This document shows positions 51,901 to 64,000 of a DNA stretch of 64,000 nt, one piece after another. Each line of letters opens with the position of its first letter. Position 1 is the stretch's first letter. Source of the stretch: Iphione sp. A-MEVVRFRX5 (lineage: Eukaryota); NCBI GenBank assembly GCA_976226885.1, contig OZ320319.1, positions 31,124,001 through 31,188,000 of the forward strand, written 5' to 3'. The notes under the pieces were generated by a model. It was given only the letters and a program-made list of their open reading frames with translations, searched no databases and had not been told where the DNA came from. The translations under genes and the position numbers were made by a program.

Positions 51901-54900
51901 CCCTTTGGGTGATAGCACAGACATCAATGTAGTGTTGCATTAAATCATCACGATCTTAGTTTACTAACATCTACACGCCATAGAAAGTTTCCCTTAGAAG
52001 GGTTGGTTTAAGTTACGCGCTGTGGGACTCGCGAACACCTGAGAAATTCCTCGCCTGTTACTCACCTGCCTTTAACCTATGGGACCAAATCTTCGGACGA
52101 CGTTTATTGTGGCGTGGACAAAGGAAGCTGTCATAGAATGATAGATTACTCTTGTCTTTTTGAACTAGTCCCTCAGTCACGATTATTCTTTTTTCAACAA
52201 GTAAGTCTAATTTGTGAAGTCATTATGGATTCCCAGTCATCAAAATCTGAAAAGGTATGGCAGGTAACCTAAACATATTCTTAAAGGCATCTAAAACATT
52301 TTAGTTCGTAGTATCGCGCATCTCTCAAACAATTTATTTAGGAAGTTTGCTACGGAAAAGCAATAAGGATTTGGAACAGTTGAATTCTTCAATTTGCATT
52401 TGTAGGAACATACACAAGAGGGAAACTGATTTAACGAGTCTTATTCTCTTTACCCCTTTCATTCCGTTACTATCTATAAATGTATCCGTTATTATCTTTC
52501 CGTTTAAATAAATTACTTAGTGCAAAAATATAGCAATTCTCTTTTCACATAGGAACTAGTACTTCCGTCTGACAACATGCCACTAAATTACCTTGGTTAT
52601 AATGCTACCGAAAGGGATCTCTGTTTCCACGGAATATGCACATAATTATGCATGTACATGTACTTGCAGAGATATATAAAACACATCGTCAGTGCATTTG
52701 CAGTGGACGGAGAGGTTTTATCATTCTTTCCCATATGTGTAGTGAACAACTCGTCGATTATTTTTATTTCCACTTTGTAGCAAAATACCTAAAGCAGTGA
52801 AGCAAATCGGCATAAGGTTGTTTTTTTCTCAAGTAAACGTAGGGAGAAACACAATTGGCTGAAAGCAAATACCTATTCTTGTTCATTATAAACATCATGC
52901 AAACCAAAACATCCAATATTTATGCATTGGCAGGAAAAACCGAATGGGCTCCAGGTGGGAAAAAGCCGCTTGCACCTGGTCCGTAGTATTCAATAAAATG
53001 CTGGTCTCAGGTGGTACCTGCAACCACGACAATGTATCTCTTGGGATTTTGTCCCTATGGGCTACCAGGCTGTAGCACATGTAATTGGTTTAGGTCTTTT
53101 GTCTGGAACGTGTTCTTCATCCTACCTCGCCTACAAGCCAAGGCTCTCAGGGAAACCTCAAGAGGTCTCTGCCGACAGCAAACATCTATTTTCCAGTATA
53201 TATCCCCGACGTTGTGTGGGAGACTGCCCTTGGCCCTTTGATTTCTGGAGTATATAAGCCTGGGGTCTTTTCAACAGCAACAAGAGGTTGTCAGAATGGC
53301 GGCATGGGGTCGCCTTCACCGTCGTAAATTTACCAAAAGGGAGCAATGCCATCTCTATGTATTCTGTTTTCTCATAAACTATTCCAAGAAAAATACTGTT
53401 GTTGGCCCAGAAGAAATCCAGGGAAGTCAAGTCCATAAATTAAGAAATGTGACTGCTGACCAGATTCAGCCCTGCTGTTTCCAAATTTATGTATTTCTGG
53501 TGCCCGTGCTTCGAGTACAGCAACCACAGGAAAGGTGCTAGCCCCGATACCTAGAAATTTCATTTGAGTCACCACTATCTCGTCCAAGTATCAAATAGAA
53601 AGTCATCATGGATGATCTAGATTACCAGAAAATGATCATATGAAAATGAAAGGTTTACAGAGCGTCCTCCACTCCGCGCTAGAAGAAAGCATTCCGATAT
53701 ACCCCACTTATCAGTACAAATGTGATGGTCATCAGTCTGCCATGTACCAATATGCTATTGGCTCTTCTTGGCGTCGATAATACACATGCACGGGCCATTG
53801 CATGGTGTCTGCGAACAGAATGCTTGGTGTTCGGCTGGAGTAAGCAAGATTGGTGTGAATAACGACTGCTTTGGCTAAACGCTAACAAGGCTGGTCGAGT
53901 TGGCTGTAGTCTTTCACCTGTTGACGGACATCTCGCACCATATGGCGGTCAACATCAGACGGTTGGTAAGTCAGTGCATCACAGTCGTACCTTTTAACGA
54001 GACAAGACACTAGTACCAGTCAGAACACATGTTGGATGTCCCTCAAGGCACTCCACCTTATTACCTGTGCTATTACCTGTAGCGGACGTTATCTTGTGTG
54101 CCAGTCAAATTTTTTACAAAGTGCACAATGTGTGACACAAAGAACGCCAGCCAGCTTCTGTCAGGCTTAGGAAGTCCGGCCACATGGTTTCATGTTACGC
54201 CTTGGAAGCCTGTCGCCGAACCTGACGCTATTTTACCAAGGAAAAGTAACAATAATCACTGGGCCATTTTTGAAAGGTTCAGTGTGAGATAAGCTGGAGG
54301 ATATTTTGATGGTTGCATTCGTGACTGAGGCCTACCACACCGTTGTACCGTTTTCGTCTACCCACTCAACGGTTGTGTAATTCTTCAATCAGTTCCGCTG
54401 GCTACCTGTGTCACACAGGATGTGTTGCCCATTTGAGCCATACCACTGATATTTACTCGAAAAAACACTCGATCGGCCGTCATTGAATCGTCCCCTATAT
54501 TTACGTATAAAAATTGAGTAAAATCTCAAAATGATCCATACCCTTGACCGCATAAGAGTTAAGTGACGCTGCCACAGGTTTTCGATAATAATAATACTGC
54601 CACCATCTCGTCCCTATATGATGGATTTTCGTCGGAACATAGAAGCAAAGAAAGCCTATTTCTCCCATTCAGATGCTGTTTTGCTATGAGATTCCAAACA
54701 TTTCTCTCGCGAGGGAATACATTTATCAGTAATTCTTCTTCGTACAGTCAAAATTATGGACGAAGTCATTAGTTATATGATCAGTGCTATCACTACAGGA
54801 AAGAAACCAGACCTATATTTCTTACTACAACTGAATGTAAGTATGAGTTGCTCTGTTCCTTAGAGATGAGTTTGGTTTTCCATCATAACTTGGCATATAG

Positions 54901-55749
54901 CGTATAATATATGCTCCTGAAATAATACCTACACCTGATGTGAAGAAAATAATGGCTCAATACCTGACGTCTTATTTAGTATACAACAACAAAGCTTGAG
55001 CACATACTTGCACATTCTTTCCAAAGTTTCGGACTAGATATATATACATAATTAATTAGATTTGCGTAGTTCGACGTACGAAGGAAATCCTGAAGAGAAG
55101 CGGTAGGCCCGTACATCAGATAGAGAAATTACCTGTCATGCAATCGTTGCTTCGTGTGAAAAGGTAGTTGGAAGTGATAACAAGGTTTCTCTGCCAGGTA
55201 GTAATTTGACACCTTTACCCTACAAGATGTACTGATAGTTCGGTAAGGGCCCCAGCAGGAGACGCGTTTGATTAATATGCAGCCAGCATCTGTCGACATT
55301 AAATGTTTGTATGTCGGTGTTTATAAGGCATTGATATCGATGCCAAGAAACGTTTCGGTTTGCACAGTTCCTTCTGGGTTTAAGCAGCAGTGAGAGGTAC
55401 ATATAGTTCTTATTGCCAGTCATTCATCGAACTTCGTATATGAACTGCGTATAACGGTATACCATATCAATGAAATTAATTAAGCTTTGGCCTCAACTTT
55501 TGCCTATTGTAATTCGAGGTCCAAAGGTGCGTATGTATTCATAATGGAGGAACAAAAGTAATAACGAATCTCTGCTTTCGCCCGTCATGCGCATGCACTC
55601 TTGTTCGGGGCGGCCCCCATCACAATTTGCGATGATAATTTGATGACAGTTTCACACTCTAGACAATCAAAAAATCACTCGACCTTTCTGCAATACAATA
55701 CACAACTTGTAAGCCACCGACACCCGAGGCTCCGCTGCAGAATAAATTG

Positions 55750-57110
55750 GCGTGAGGTGTGAGTGGGGCGATTGTTCCAGACTTCGTGCGCGCAGTCTTT
55801 GGGTACACGCTCCAGAATTCTGCCCCGCCAAAAATGACCAGGGCTTTGTTGACCTTTCACTTTAACATTCTCTCCTTTTTGATTGGACGAGCATTTTTGT
55901 AGGACAATCCATGGCCGCGGGCATTTCTTGGGCTCGCTCAGATATAGTTCTCCTCCTGGGGTGTTATGCACGGGCCCTGTTTGCATTCATTTCTGGGAGG
56001 AGAATCACGTTTGCACCATCAAAAAATGGTTCATTATTGATTTAAATAATCAGACGGCATGGCAATAAGGGTCGACTGTCACCTTTAGGACGTTTAATGA
56101 TGATGCAATGTGACTGCAAAGCGATGGAATCTCCCATGGCTTCTGTGATTTCTTTCGCAGAATGCCGGCATTTTTAGAGGGATGCCGATGAATTTGGAGC
56201 CAATGCCTACCTGCACTGCCTTTCAGAAGGATCGCATGGCAATGCTAGCAGGATTCTCAAAATTTAGAAGTCGCATGTGTACAGCAATGTTGAGACACCG
56301 AACAACACACGTGACATTTCATGTGTTTTGGCATTCGGTCCCTTTCGTCGAGACGATGACATCGTAATAATCCTTGACATTATCATTCCCATTCATTCTT
56401 TTGGGAAATCCTTACTTTCTTTCTTGGTAATTATTCCGTTTTCAAGAGCTGGCAACTTTTTTTGCTTAGTTTCAACGCGTAAAACCTGAAGGTATGGCTT
56501 AGATTCACTGATCACTCCAAACATAATGCATTGTCCATTTTAAAAAGTTTAAGAGGACTCTTTTTGTGTTAAGACAAGCTTTTATGCACCTAATTTGTCT
56601 TGTTCAACATGGACTAGTACGTGTAATAGAAGCTCGGAGAAACCCACCCTGTAACACTATCCTAGACCGATTCAGACGCTAACAATGGCTGGCTCCATCA
56701 ACACTGTAGCACTGATGGCATGATTTCAGTGCTCCATAAAAGACGAAAAGGGTCTGCGTCCCGACACTCAGTTGCTCCTGTGGGTTAAGCAAACAGCCAT
56801 CGTGGACTGGAGCTTTGTTGCTATTGTCACGCTATTCTCTGTCGGATTCCTGGCTTGCTTTGCCGTGATAAATTTAGCGGTCACCCCCTTCAATAACAAG
56901 TGCGAGTCATTTATATATAACTGTAGAAGTCTCTGTCGTCACTCTAGAGATGAGAAGACAGGGGGCAGTGGTTGTTCTGCCCTAAGTGGTGTTGCTATAA
57001 AGCACCTTACTCCTTGCGACAAAATACTTAATCAATATTGCTACTTTTCCATCAGGAAAACAAATGGTATTGTAGAAAATTATGTTACTGCTTTGGCTAA
57101 CTTCAGTTAA
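55750..57110 (+). pseudogene. Decayed SLC16/monocarboxylate transporter (MCT)-like gene
   Basis: In order: EWGAIV, LDEHF-GQSMAAGISW/LGSL..GPV, RRHGNKGR, MASVISFA, AGIFRG, PTCTAFQKDRMAMLAG (cf. v..YF.KRRalA.G), LAFGP, MAGSINTV, D.KTG...ALSGVAI. No introns are needed to explain the spacing. Confidence 0.5.
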
Positions 57111-58399
57111 TGCGATCGTGGGCATATATGTGTATATCTGTAGATGTACTTGCACTGTTAGCCATCACTTTATGATAGTCAACACCATTTTCATTATTCA
57201 TATATACATGTACACGTCACACTGACAGAGATCTTTAAATACTGCAAATGTTTAGGGCAGTCGACACACGGTATTATGCTTTGTCCATTGATTTCAGTTC
57301 CAGTATCTGTTTCCTAAAAGAGGTTGAATTTATATGCCAACAATTCTGCAATAGGGGAAAATGCGTTTCAGCTATTTTCAACGATTCATACAAGAGGTTA
57401 TGTTAAATAATTGATGATCTCTGACGCAATCTTGTCTAGATAAAATTAAAATCACCCGTGTTTGGCCAAGGAGGACGCCGTGGCTATATCAATTTGAATT
57501 CTTGAATTTTACACATTACTCCTGAAGTCCTTTTGATGTTACGTGTTCTTGAGGCTATGTATTGAATTCAATTGTGATCAGAATGGAAGAAATATCTAGG
57601 CTAGAAAGCATGTTACACAGAAGTTACTTAAATATCAACTACGTTTTTAAGAGAACTCCATACCCACTGAAACAGATCTCTTCCGCTATAGAAAGGGCAC
57701 AGGGACAGTGTCTTTCATTTCCCTGTCTAAATGGCTCAATCGCCAGGTAGATATCAAACTCCATGTAAACAGCTGATTTTTTTATCCAGTGACGAAGTCT
57801 CCAAACGTGGTTCCGGGTTTAGGTGTGGTCCCGTCACTTTTTCTTCAATAAGATTGATGAACGGTTGTAATGCAATGAGGAGACGGGGAAAGATACGGAT
57901 AACGACGGACAGTTTAACGTAAAACATAGGAATTCGGAGGAGAAAGTTCGCCACGAACTAAAAGAATACGATTCGAACCTCAGAAACACGCATGGTGAAG
58001 GAAAATCGTGTTTTTTTGGTTTCTTTATTTCGACATAATCACACTAAGATACCGCAATGTTTTTTTTATTTATGCAGCCACAATACCAGTGTGATTTCTA
58101 GATATACAGAGAACACAATTGTCTTCAGCTTTTGTTCTTAGCTGGAGAGTTCCTCTTTCTAAACTGCTCCTCCTGGCCTGGGATCAGCTCACCGGCGTCA
58201 CCGGGATGAAAGGGAACCATCACCAGTGATCGATTGGAGCAGTTCTGTGGAATGGGAACACCGAACGGTCTTCATTCACCTAAGGCGGAAACGGGCTTTC
58301 TATTAAGGCCTCGCGTGTCCCAAGATGGCCAATGTCGCCGGATACCAATATTTCCACGGCGAACTGACCGTAATGTCCACAATTATGAGCCTCACGCGA

Positions 58400-59500
58400 G
58401 CAGCGGCTCAGGGCCAAATCGCCATCTTCAGAGTAGGTCATGAACTTCTTGCAGGGGGCTGGAAAGCAGCGGCAACGGCAAGCAGCTTTCTTGGGCAACA
58501 TTTACGTCGTGCCGGGATTTGGCCTGTGTAATGTAATAGGAAGGTGATAAAACCAGAATTTAGTGCCCGTGAATGTCTTTTATTGCCTAGAAAGGCGAGG
58601 AAAGAAAGAATAACAATTAGCATAGAGGCAAGTGAACTCACAGAAATGACACAATAAGGAGCTTTTTTTGGACATGAAACAGTTTGTAGGTGATGGAGTG
58701 TTTCATCGAGTGTATTATTCATGCATTCATACCTTGGGTTCAGACAACATTTTGTCTACTATTTCCTGCGGGAAAGGTATTGGATGAACCCTCGAGGACA
58801 ACAACGTAGTTATTCTGACAGTATGTTACCATCTTCTTTGTTTTGCGAATCTTTCTAATTTTAAGATTAATCAATGTTTAAGTAGAATCTACCTTAAGAT
58901 AATCCCAAGCGTTTTCATCGTTTCATAGGCGAGTGCGTTTATGTGGCATTAACTTAATCTCGAATTGTGATTGAGATGTGGTAGATAAGCAATGCCAGTG
59001 CGCCTAAGTCTTTAATGGAGTCGTCAGTATGGACAGGTTTGATTTATCGGCGACATTATAAGAATGTCACGGAGGGCGATAAACGGGGACGATTTATGCG
59101 ATGGCTGGTGAAGATGAAACACTAGAAGTGTCCCTAAAATACCCTTAGCCCGCATAGAGTGTGTTAATACCCTGAAGTCGGCCGGAGAGATTACTCAGAC
59201 TGATAAGCATTCGGCATTGAAGAGAATTCTGGATGTCCCTCTCATCGATCAGAGGCATAACAAGGACAGGTCTGCCTTGAGACTAAGTAAGCCAACGAAA
59301 ATCCTATCTGGATTCATCTTGATGTGGATAATTGTAGGTTAGGCCACATTATAGCCAGTGTTTAGGAAGCACGGTGAAAAGGTGACACTAGATGCTTCAG
59401 TGGTAAGGCATACACAACTGGTGGGTTTATGTATGGCATATACTATGTAGTAATATGGATTACAAGAACTGCTGACTCATGAAACTAGGTCCATCGTCCT
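58400..59500 (+). pseudogene. Decayed NACHT-domain (NLR-like) gene remnant
   Basis: P-loop-like ESSGNGKQL (58462-58488), NVFYCLERR, NVVILTV, PSVFIVS*AS (cf. vliTSR), KIPLARIEC and EITQT (cf. PL.l.liC..T.T.LY), YGLQELL (cf. F.H.slQE.l). The spacing is NACHT-like. Confidence 0.4.
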
Positions 59501-60639
59501 TAGTCTCTTATCTTTATAATATAATAAATCATCTGTACTCTGTTTTATATAATTAGCTAAGTAGAGGAAGTGAAACTTTCAACAGTTTTTTTTACTTCGA
59601 GTACTGTCGTCTGTACTCACAATAGTCACTAGTGTTCCCTCTTAAGACCAGATACCTGCTTGCTGAATATGAACGAAAAGGACAGAAATGCATTGTAGCG
59701 TAAAAATAACTGTATGCTGCCAGGCTTAACATTGCAACTGTAGCTCATTCCATATAGATATGAATAAGTTGGTAAGGACTCCCTCAAAACCTGTGCCACT
59801 GACCTAGAATGAACTGATGTACGCCACTGAGACGAGGTCACTCATTGAGACCTCACCTGTGGAGAAAGGCCGATACAAACACATAATGCATTATGATCGA
59901 CATCTGGATTTAGTCCACGAGTGCAACATCAAAGTGAAGGCATACAATATTGATGACCGTAGTCACCGAGGTGCATGCAGCATATTAATATGTCATGTCG
60001 GCTACCGTCGGTGTGTCCAGCAGCGTGCTGACATCCACCAAAAATAGGATACACCTCAAATACCCTCTGATTTACCGGCTCGAGTGCACTTCGTGCTGAT
60101 TATACACCAAACGTTAAAAAAAATACTGTCCAGAATATGCTAGTGCTAATTTAAAAGATTGACATGCAAATGACCAGTAATTGCTATGTCTACCAAAGAG
60201 CCTTGGTGGCCTTACTCTTATAAATAGACATCCCGGGTAAAATAATAACTGTTGTGAGCTCAAACAAATTCACACAATTTGATTCTCTGTGGTTCCAGCT
60301 GGCGATGTTTACATTGGATAGTGATGTCATGCATTGCGGGGAAAAAACACCCTTCAAAGTGGATGACATCACGATCTTAATCAGACTTCCATTATAGAAT
60401 GCAGTGGCATCCAACAAAACGGTCCAATTACCGCGTCAGATGAACAAACACATTGTAACTAATTATGATTGTCTGACATAGCTGCGCAACAACATGAGGC
60501 AACCCGCTAACGAGGCCGGGTTGCATAACCAAAAAATATATCTAAATGTATTCACTGTAATCGCCCCTTCAGATCTGGCAATTACCATCAAATTCCCTTT
60601 CGGTAGGAAAACTGGGAAGAAACCTGATAATAACACCTA

Positions 60640-60900
60640 ATTAACGCATAAAAAAGGCAAATACATGTCATTATTACGTCCGAAGGTGTGTGCTTGGGAT
60701 ACAGCAAGTATATCGTGCAGGGCTGGGGCGTGCTTGCACGCGGATGGTGATCTCACCAGCACATGATCTATCCGGTGAGGCATTCCTGGACGGTATTCAC
60801 GCCATGAAGCTCGCTGACACTTGATGGGTCCATAGGCCGCCCTAGTCCCTAATGCGCTGTCACAGCCGCGGTTCGAAAACAAAGCGGCAGCTGTGTATCA
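60640..60900 (-). mobile_element. Apurinic-type endonuclease fragment of a non-LTR retrotransposon
   Basis: SWREYRPG..HRIDHVLVRS matches the LINE endonuclease D.WR..P...RIDy.l.s motif; no linked RT seen. Confidence 0.4.
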
Positions 60901-61055
60901 CGTGACTTGCGTGGTCCTGGCTGATGCGAGAGGTGAGAACAGTCTCGTTAAGTTGCATGTAAGCCATCCGGAACATGCAGAGCCTCTCTTTTTAAAAGTT
61001 TGCCCGTTGCTGCACCTCTCTTAGGCCCAATTTCCGTGTGCCTGTGTAGCATGTA

Positions 61056-61128
61056 CAGTGGTTCCCCCTTTATCCGACGACGACGAAATCTTAAGGAAGC
61101 AAAAATGTCGGATAAAAGGGGACCACTG
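61056..61128. mobile_element. 73-bp Tc1/mariner-type MITE
   Basis: TA|CAGTGGTTCCCCCTTTATCCGAC ... GTCGGATAAAAGGGGACCACTG|TA: ~22-bp TIRs beginning CAGT, with a TA target duplication. Confidence 0.9.
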
Positions 61129-61622
61129 TACAGCCATGGACTACTGCATATGAATTATCTCCCTGTGTTGCCATGCTGATATGTATCCGTGTACCAGGCT
61201 GATCTTTTAAAGCTCCCTAATGAACCATATTTTCCATTCCAAACGTGTATACAAGGCCATGAAGATATGGCAGAATGAGATATGTGCCACTCCAAATATG
61301 CTACACAGAGACATGCTACATGCTACACATGTACATGGAAACACCTCTGCTGTTATTGCTTATGTTCAAAAAGAAGCATGAAGACAGAGATATGGGTGCA
61401 TGGAAAGGAGGCCTACTATACTCACCTGTCTGGGTGTGTCTGACCAGGTGGCTCTCTACACATACGAATTTACATTACCTGTGCCCATTTATTTGTATAC
61501 ATGTAGTCAACATGCACAGGTAAAAACCCTCTGTTGTTTCTTGATTGCAAGTTACCATTGATATCTTACTCAAATGGAATTTGGGCCAGCTATCCATACC
61601 ATAGAGGTTTTGCCTCCCGTTA

Positions 61623-62000
61623 GGGCCGGTTTCCTTATTTCCATGTGCATGTGTAAGTACATGTATATGTGTGTTGCATGGTTACTGTCAGTAACGAAGC
61701 ATCAATGCTGGGGAGGCGTATAGTACCTGCATTTATGTTAGGTTGTTTACATGTCTTTATCTATAGTAGTAGGGTTTATTTCTACACATTTGCATAAACA
61801 TTTGTGTACAATCAGAGGTATTCGTGTGGTCTTTGGTAAATTTTTTTGGAAATTGAGCTTAACCTCATGGCCCCTTTTCCTTATCTGCATGAGAATGCTT
61901 GTGCACGCCAGTGCGTTGCATTGTTTTTTTTTCACAAGCAAAGCATAATCAGTGAAGGTGCTCCAATTACTGGATTGTCTTGTGTGTTCATGTGTTTGCG
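61623..62000 (+). mobile_element. GGGCC(A/G)GTTTCCTTA-family MITE fragment(s)
   Basis: TTA|gggccggtttccttatttccatgtgcatg; second degenerate terminus ggccccttttccttatctgcatg at ~61870. Confidence 0.55.
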
Positions 62001-62399
62001 TGCATGTGCATATAACGTCCGTTTTTGATAATTTCATGCAAAGGTATGCAACTTTACGTATAGGGTCTGAAACAAGGATCTAGAGCCAAGGTTAGGGTGA
62101 TAAATGCATGCATGAAATGGACTAAATTTACGTATCATCAATGTGCATACTATCAATACAAAACCTTGCAAATACATCGGACTTGACTCAATTTCAACTA
62201 ATTTCCACCAAAACTGTAAAATTTCTAGATAATCACATATTTTATTTTTTAAAATGCCATTATGGTCATGGAAACATTGCAGAATGGGACGCTTCACAAA
62301 TTGAAAGCACAGTACACATACACATGCTACACTTAACGGATAATTCTATCTAGACATGCTAGACTATATACATCGTCTCTAAGGCTAAAGCGCAAATTA

Positions 62400-62760
62400 T
62401 TATTACAGAATTTAGACAAATTGTCTCAAGTTCGTGTAATTTCGTTAATACACAGGTTACAACTCCTTGGTATTGTTCATGATAACCAGAGAGGACGTAC
62501 AAGATCGAGCATCTCAAGACGATTGTCACTGTGGAAACCAAGGCTTACCAAGACCAAAAACAGCTTTCTATATAATGGTATTAAGTTGTGGAATAGTCTC
62601 CCATGCAAAATGAAGTCATCTCCACAATTGAGTGGAAAGAAACTACTAGCACACATCTGCAATTGACCGTATTAATTGTAAAGAAACAATTATATTCACA
62701 CTGATACCTCAATCTTGATGTAATGAGACGTGAATAAATATTACTTGACTTGACTTGACA
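62400..62760 (+). mobile_element. CR1/L2-clade LINE extreme 3' fragment
   Basis: HDNQRGRTRSS..LWKPRLTKTKNSFLYNGIKLWNSLP..K; 3'UTR with aataaa followed by an (ACTTG)3 tail at ~62742-62758. Confidence 0.8.
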
Positions 62761-62779
62761 CTTCACATATGTGCAAGGA

Positions 62780-63900
62780 AGCAATCCAGTAGATCACCAG
62801 AGTCCACAAAATCCACTGTGAGAAGACATGTGCACGATTTCGACCATGAAAACATTTGTTCTTAGAAATTAAGCCCTAGACCGTTTTTCCTTACCGTTGG
62901 AGGTCCCACATAGAACTTTGTTTGTCCCCCCCATACACATGATGCATTGGTGTGGACATAAGTGCTGCATAAGGACATAAGGACCAGGGTTTATGTGTCT
63001 TATACAATGTCCAATTGCCGACTTAATGACGCTCTGGGTGGACTACACAGCATGAAAAAATGGCACGCGGAAAGGTTCCTGCATTGTGAGCTCAATTGTA
63101 GACAGCATAGATATTTCTAAGGAAAAGCAGGCGTACATATGTTCGATCTTCGATGTAAGGCAGTGCATTCGCAATACTTGCGCCTGTGGATATAAGGAAA
63201 ACTATGGAGTATGAAATGTTCGGCGCGGCTCTCTTCTGAGGGGGTCTAACAGTCAGACGATGTAGAGAAGGCCCTGTTCGGATGGGTTATCTGACCTGGT
63301 GAAGATCTGCCATGCCCCCTTCCGGTCAACCCTAATAATTGTATCCACTCGCGGGCAGGGAACATATTAACATCGTTTCGGATGTCGGTGCTCCGCGTGC
63401 ATCAAACCGAATGGCAAAATATAGGCACGAGTTTACTGGACACAGCGGCTGGCGGCCGGAGGGAGTCAGTGGGGGCGGCGGGGCGGGCGTCCGTCCCGCA
63501 CCGACGTGTGGGTGAAACGATACCGGCCTGTCTCACTTTGACGGTAAACATTTGGCCGGCTCCGATGGCAGCCGGGTCACTGAACACTGTCCCCCGGCGT
63601 CTCGGGACAGCGCCGGGTTCGGGGAGCTGGATGTATATCTTTTCTCTCGAGCCGCAATCGCACGTGGTTATAGAGGAAATGGAGCCATGGGTGGGGGCTG
63701 TCGTGTTTGTGGCGGGAGAACGTATGAGAAGGGAGGGCCAGAGGTTGTGTATTGGATTCGGGATGCTGCAGAAGGGCGTTACCGACATCGTCTGCCTTGA
63801 CCTCCAGGCAGCGTAGGTGTCTGGAGTGACTCAAGAGGTAGACGCCCGGGGATAAACTCGTCAAATGATATAGATTCCTCCGGAGGGAAAGTTACCCAGT
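62780..63900 (-). mobile_element. Decayed DIRS/PAT-like retrotransposon (gag end and RT start)
   Basis: Minus strand: ALLQHPE....LA......HPWLHFLYNHVRLR (cf. gag hP..Ll.Y..I...W..YD..FR); STGAS..IED..Y..L.F; SVIKSAI; frameshifted SNGK-KR..L..LRTN (cf. GKKRLILDLR.vN). Confidence 0.4.
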
Positions 63901-64000
63901 TCCCTGGTGTCTAGATGACCAGGGACATAAATATGCTATGAATGAAATAAGGTCTATGTGTGTGGAGGAAGACAATCAGTTATCTCCACCTTTCTATGTT

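Noticed and set aside
57965-57990. GGTTCGAATC B-box on the minus strand (tRNA or SINE)
   Set aside because: No A-box and no cloverleaf
60180-60230. LPKSLGGLTLIN (L1/Tx1 RT C-terminal motif)
   Set aside because: Single isolated motif, on the opposite strand to the nearby endonuclease fragment
1-64000. CRISPR arrays, rRNA, tRNA, operons or prokaryotic/phage systems
   Set aside because: No regularly spaced repeat-spacer arrays or RNA gene signatures; the architecture is eukaryotic

Overview
This is eukaryotic genomic DNA: spliceosomal GT-AG introns, microsatellites, very low gene density and abundant TACATGTA motifs. It looks like a marine invertebrate animal, but that is inference from style only. 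I can reconstruct one intact protein-coding gene, an 11-coding-exon SLC17/sialin-like MFS anion transporter on the + strand (895-5618, 522 aa). Its residues equivalent to the sialin proton-coupling site are substituted. The remaining ~58 kb has no intact gene that I can support, and almost all ORF-track entries there are shadows or fragments. It is a mosaic of old, frameshifted remnants. These include single-exon Toll-like/LRR genes (about 6-13.5 kb and 46.9-48.9 kb), NACHT/NLR-like pieces, two SLC16/MCT-like pieces, decayed secreted-protein exons, two CR1/L2-type LINE 3' ends, DIRS/PAT-like and Penelope-like RT fragments, a dispersed TTA/TAA-flanked TIR (PIF/Harbinger-type) MITE family, a long-TIR foldback element and a 73-bp Tc1/mariner-type MITE. 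All pseudogene and retroelement calls come from by-eye motif recognition across stops and frameshifts and need HMM or BLAST confirmation. I found no rRNA, tRNA or CRISPR array, and nothing I can support as an intact novel multi-gene system.
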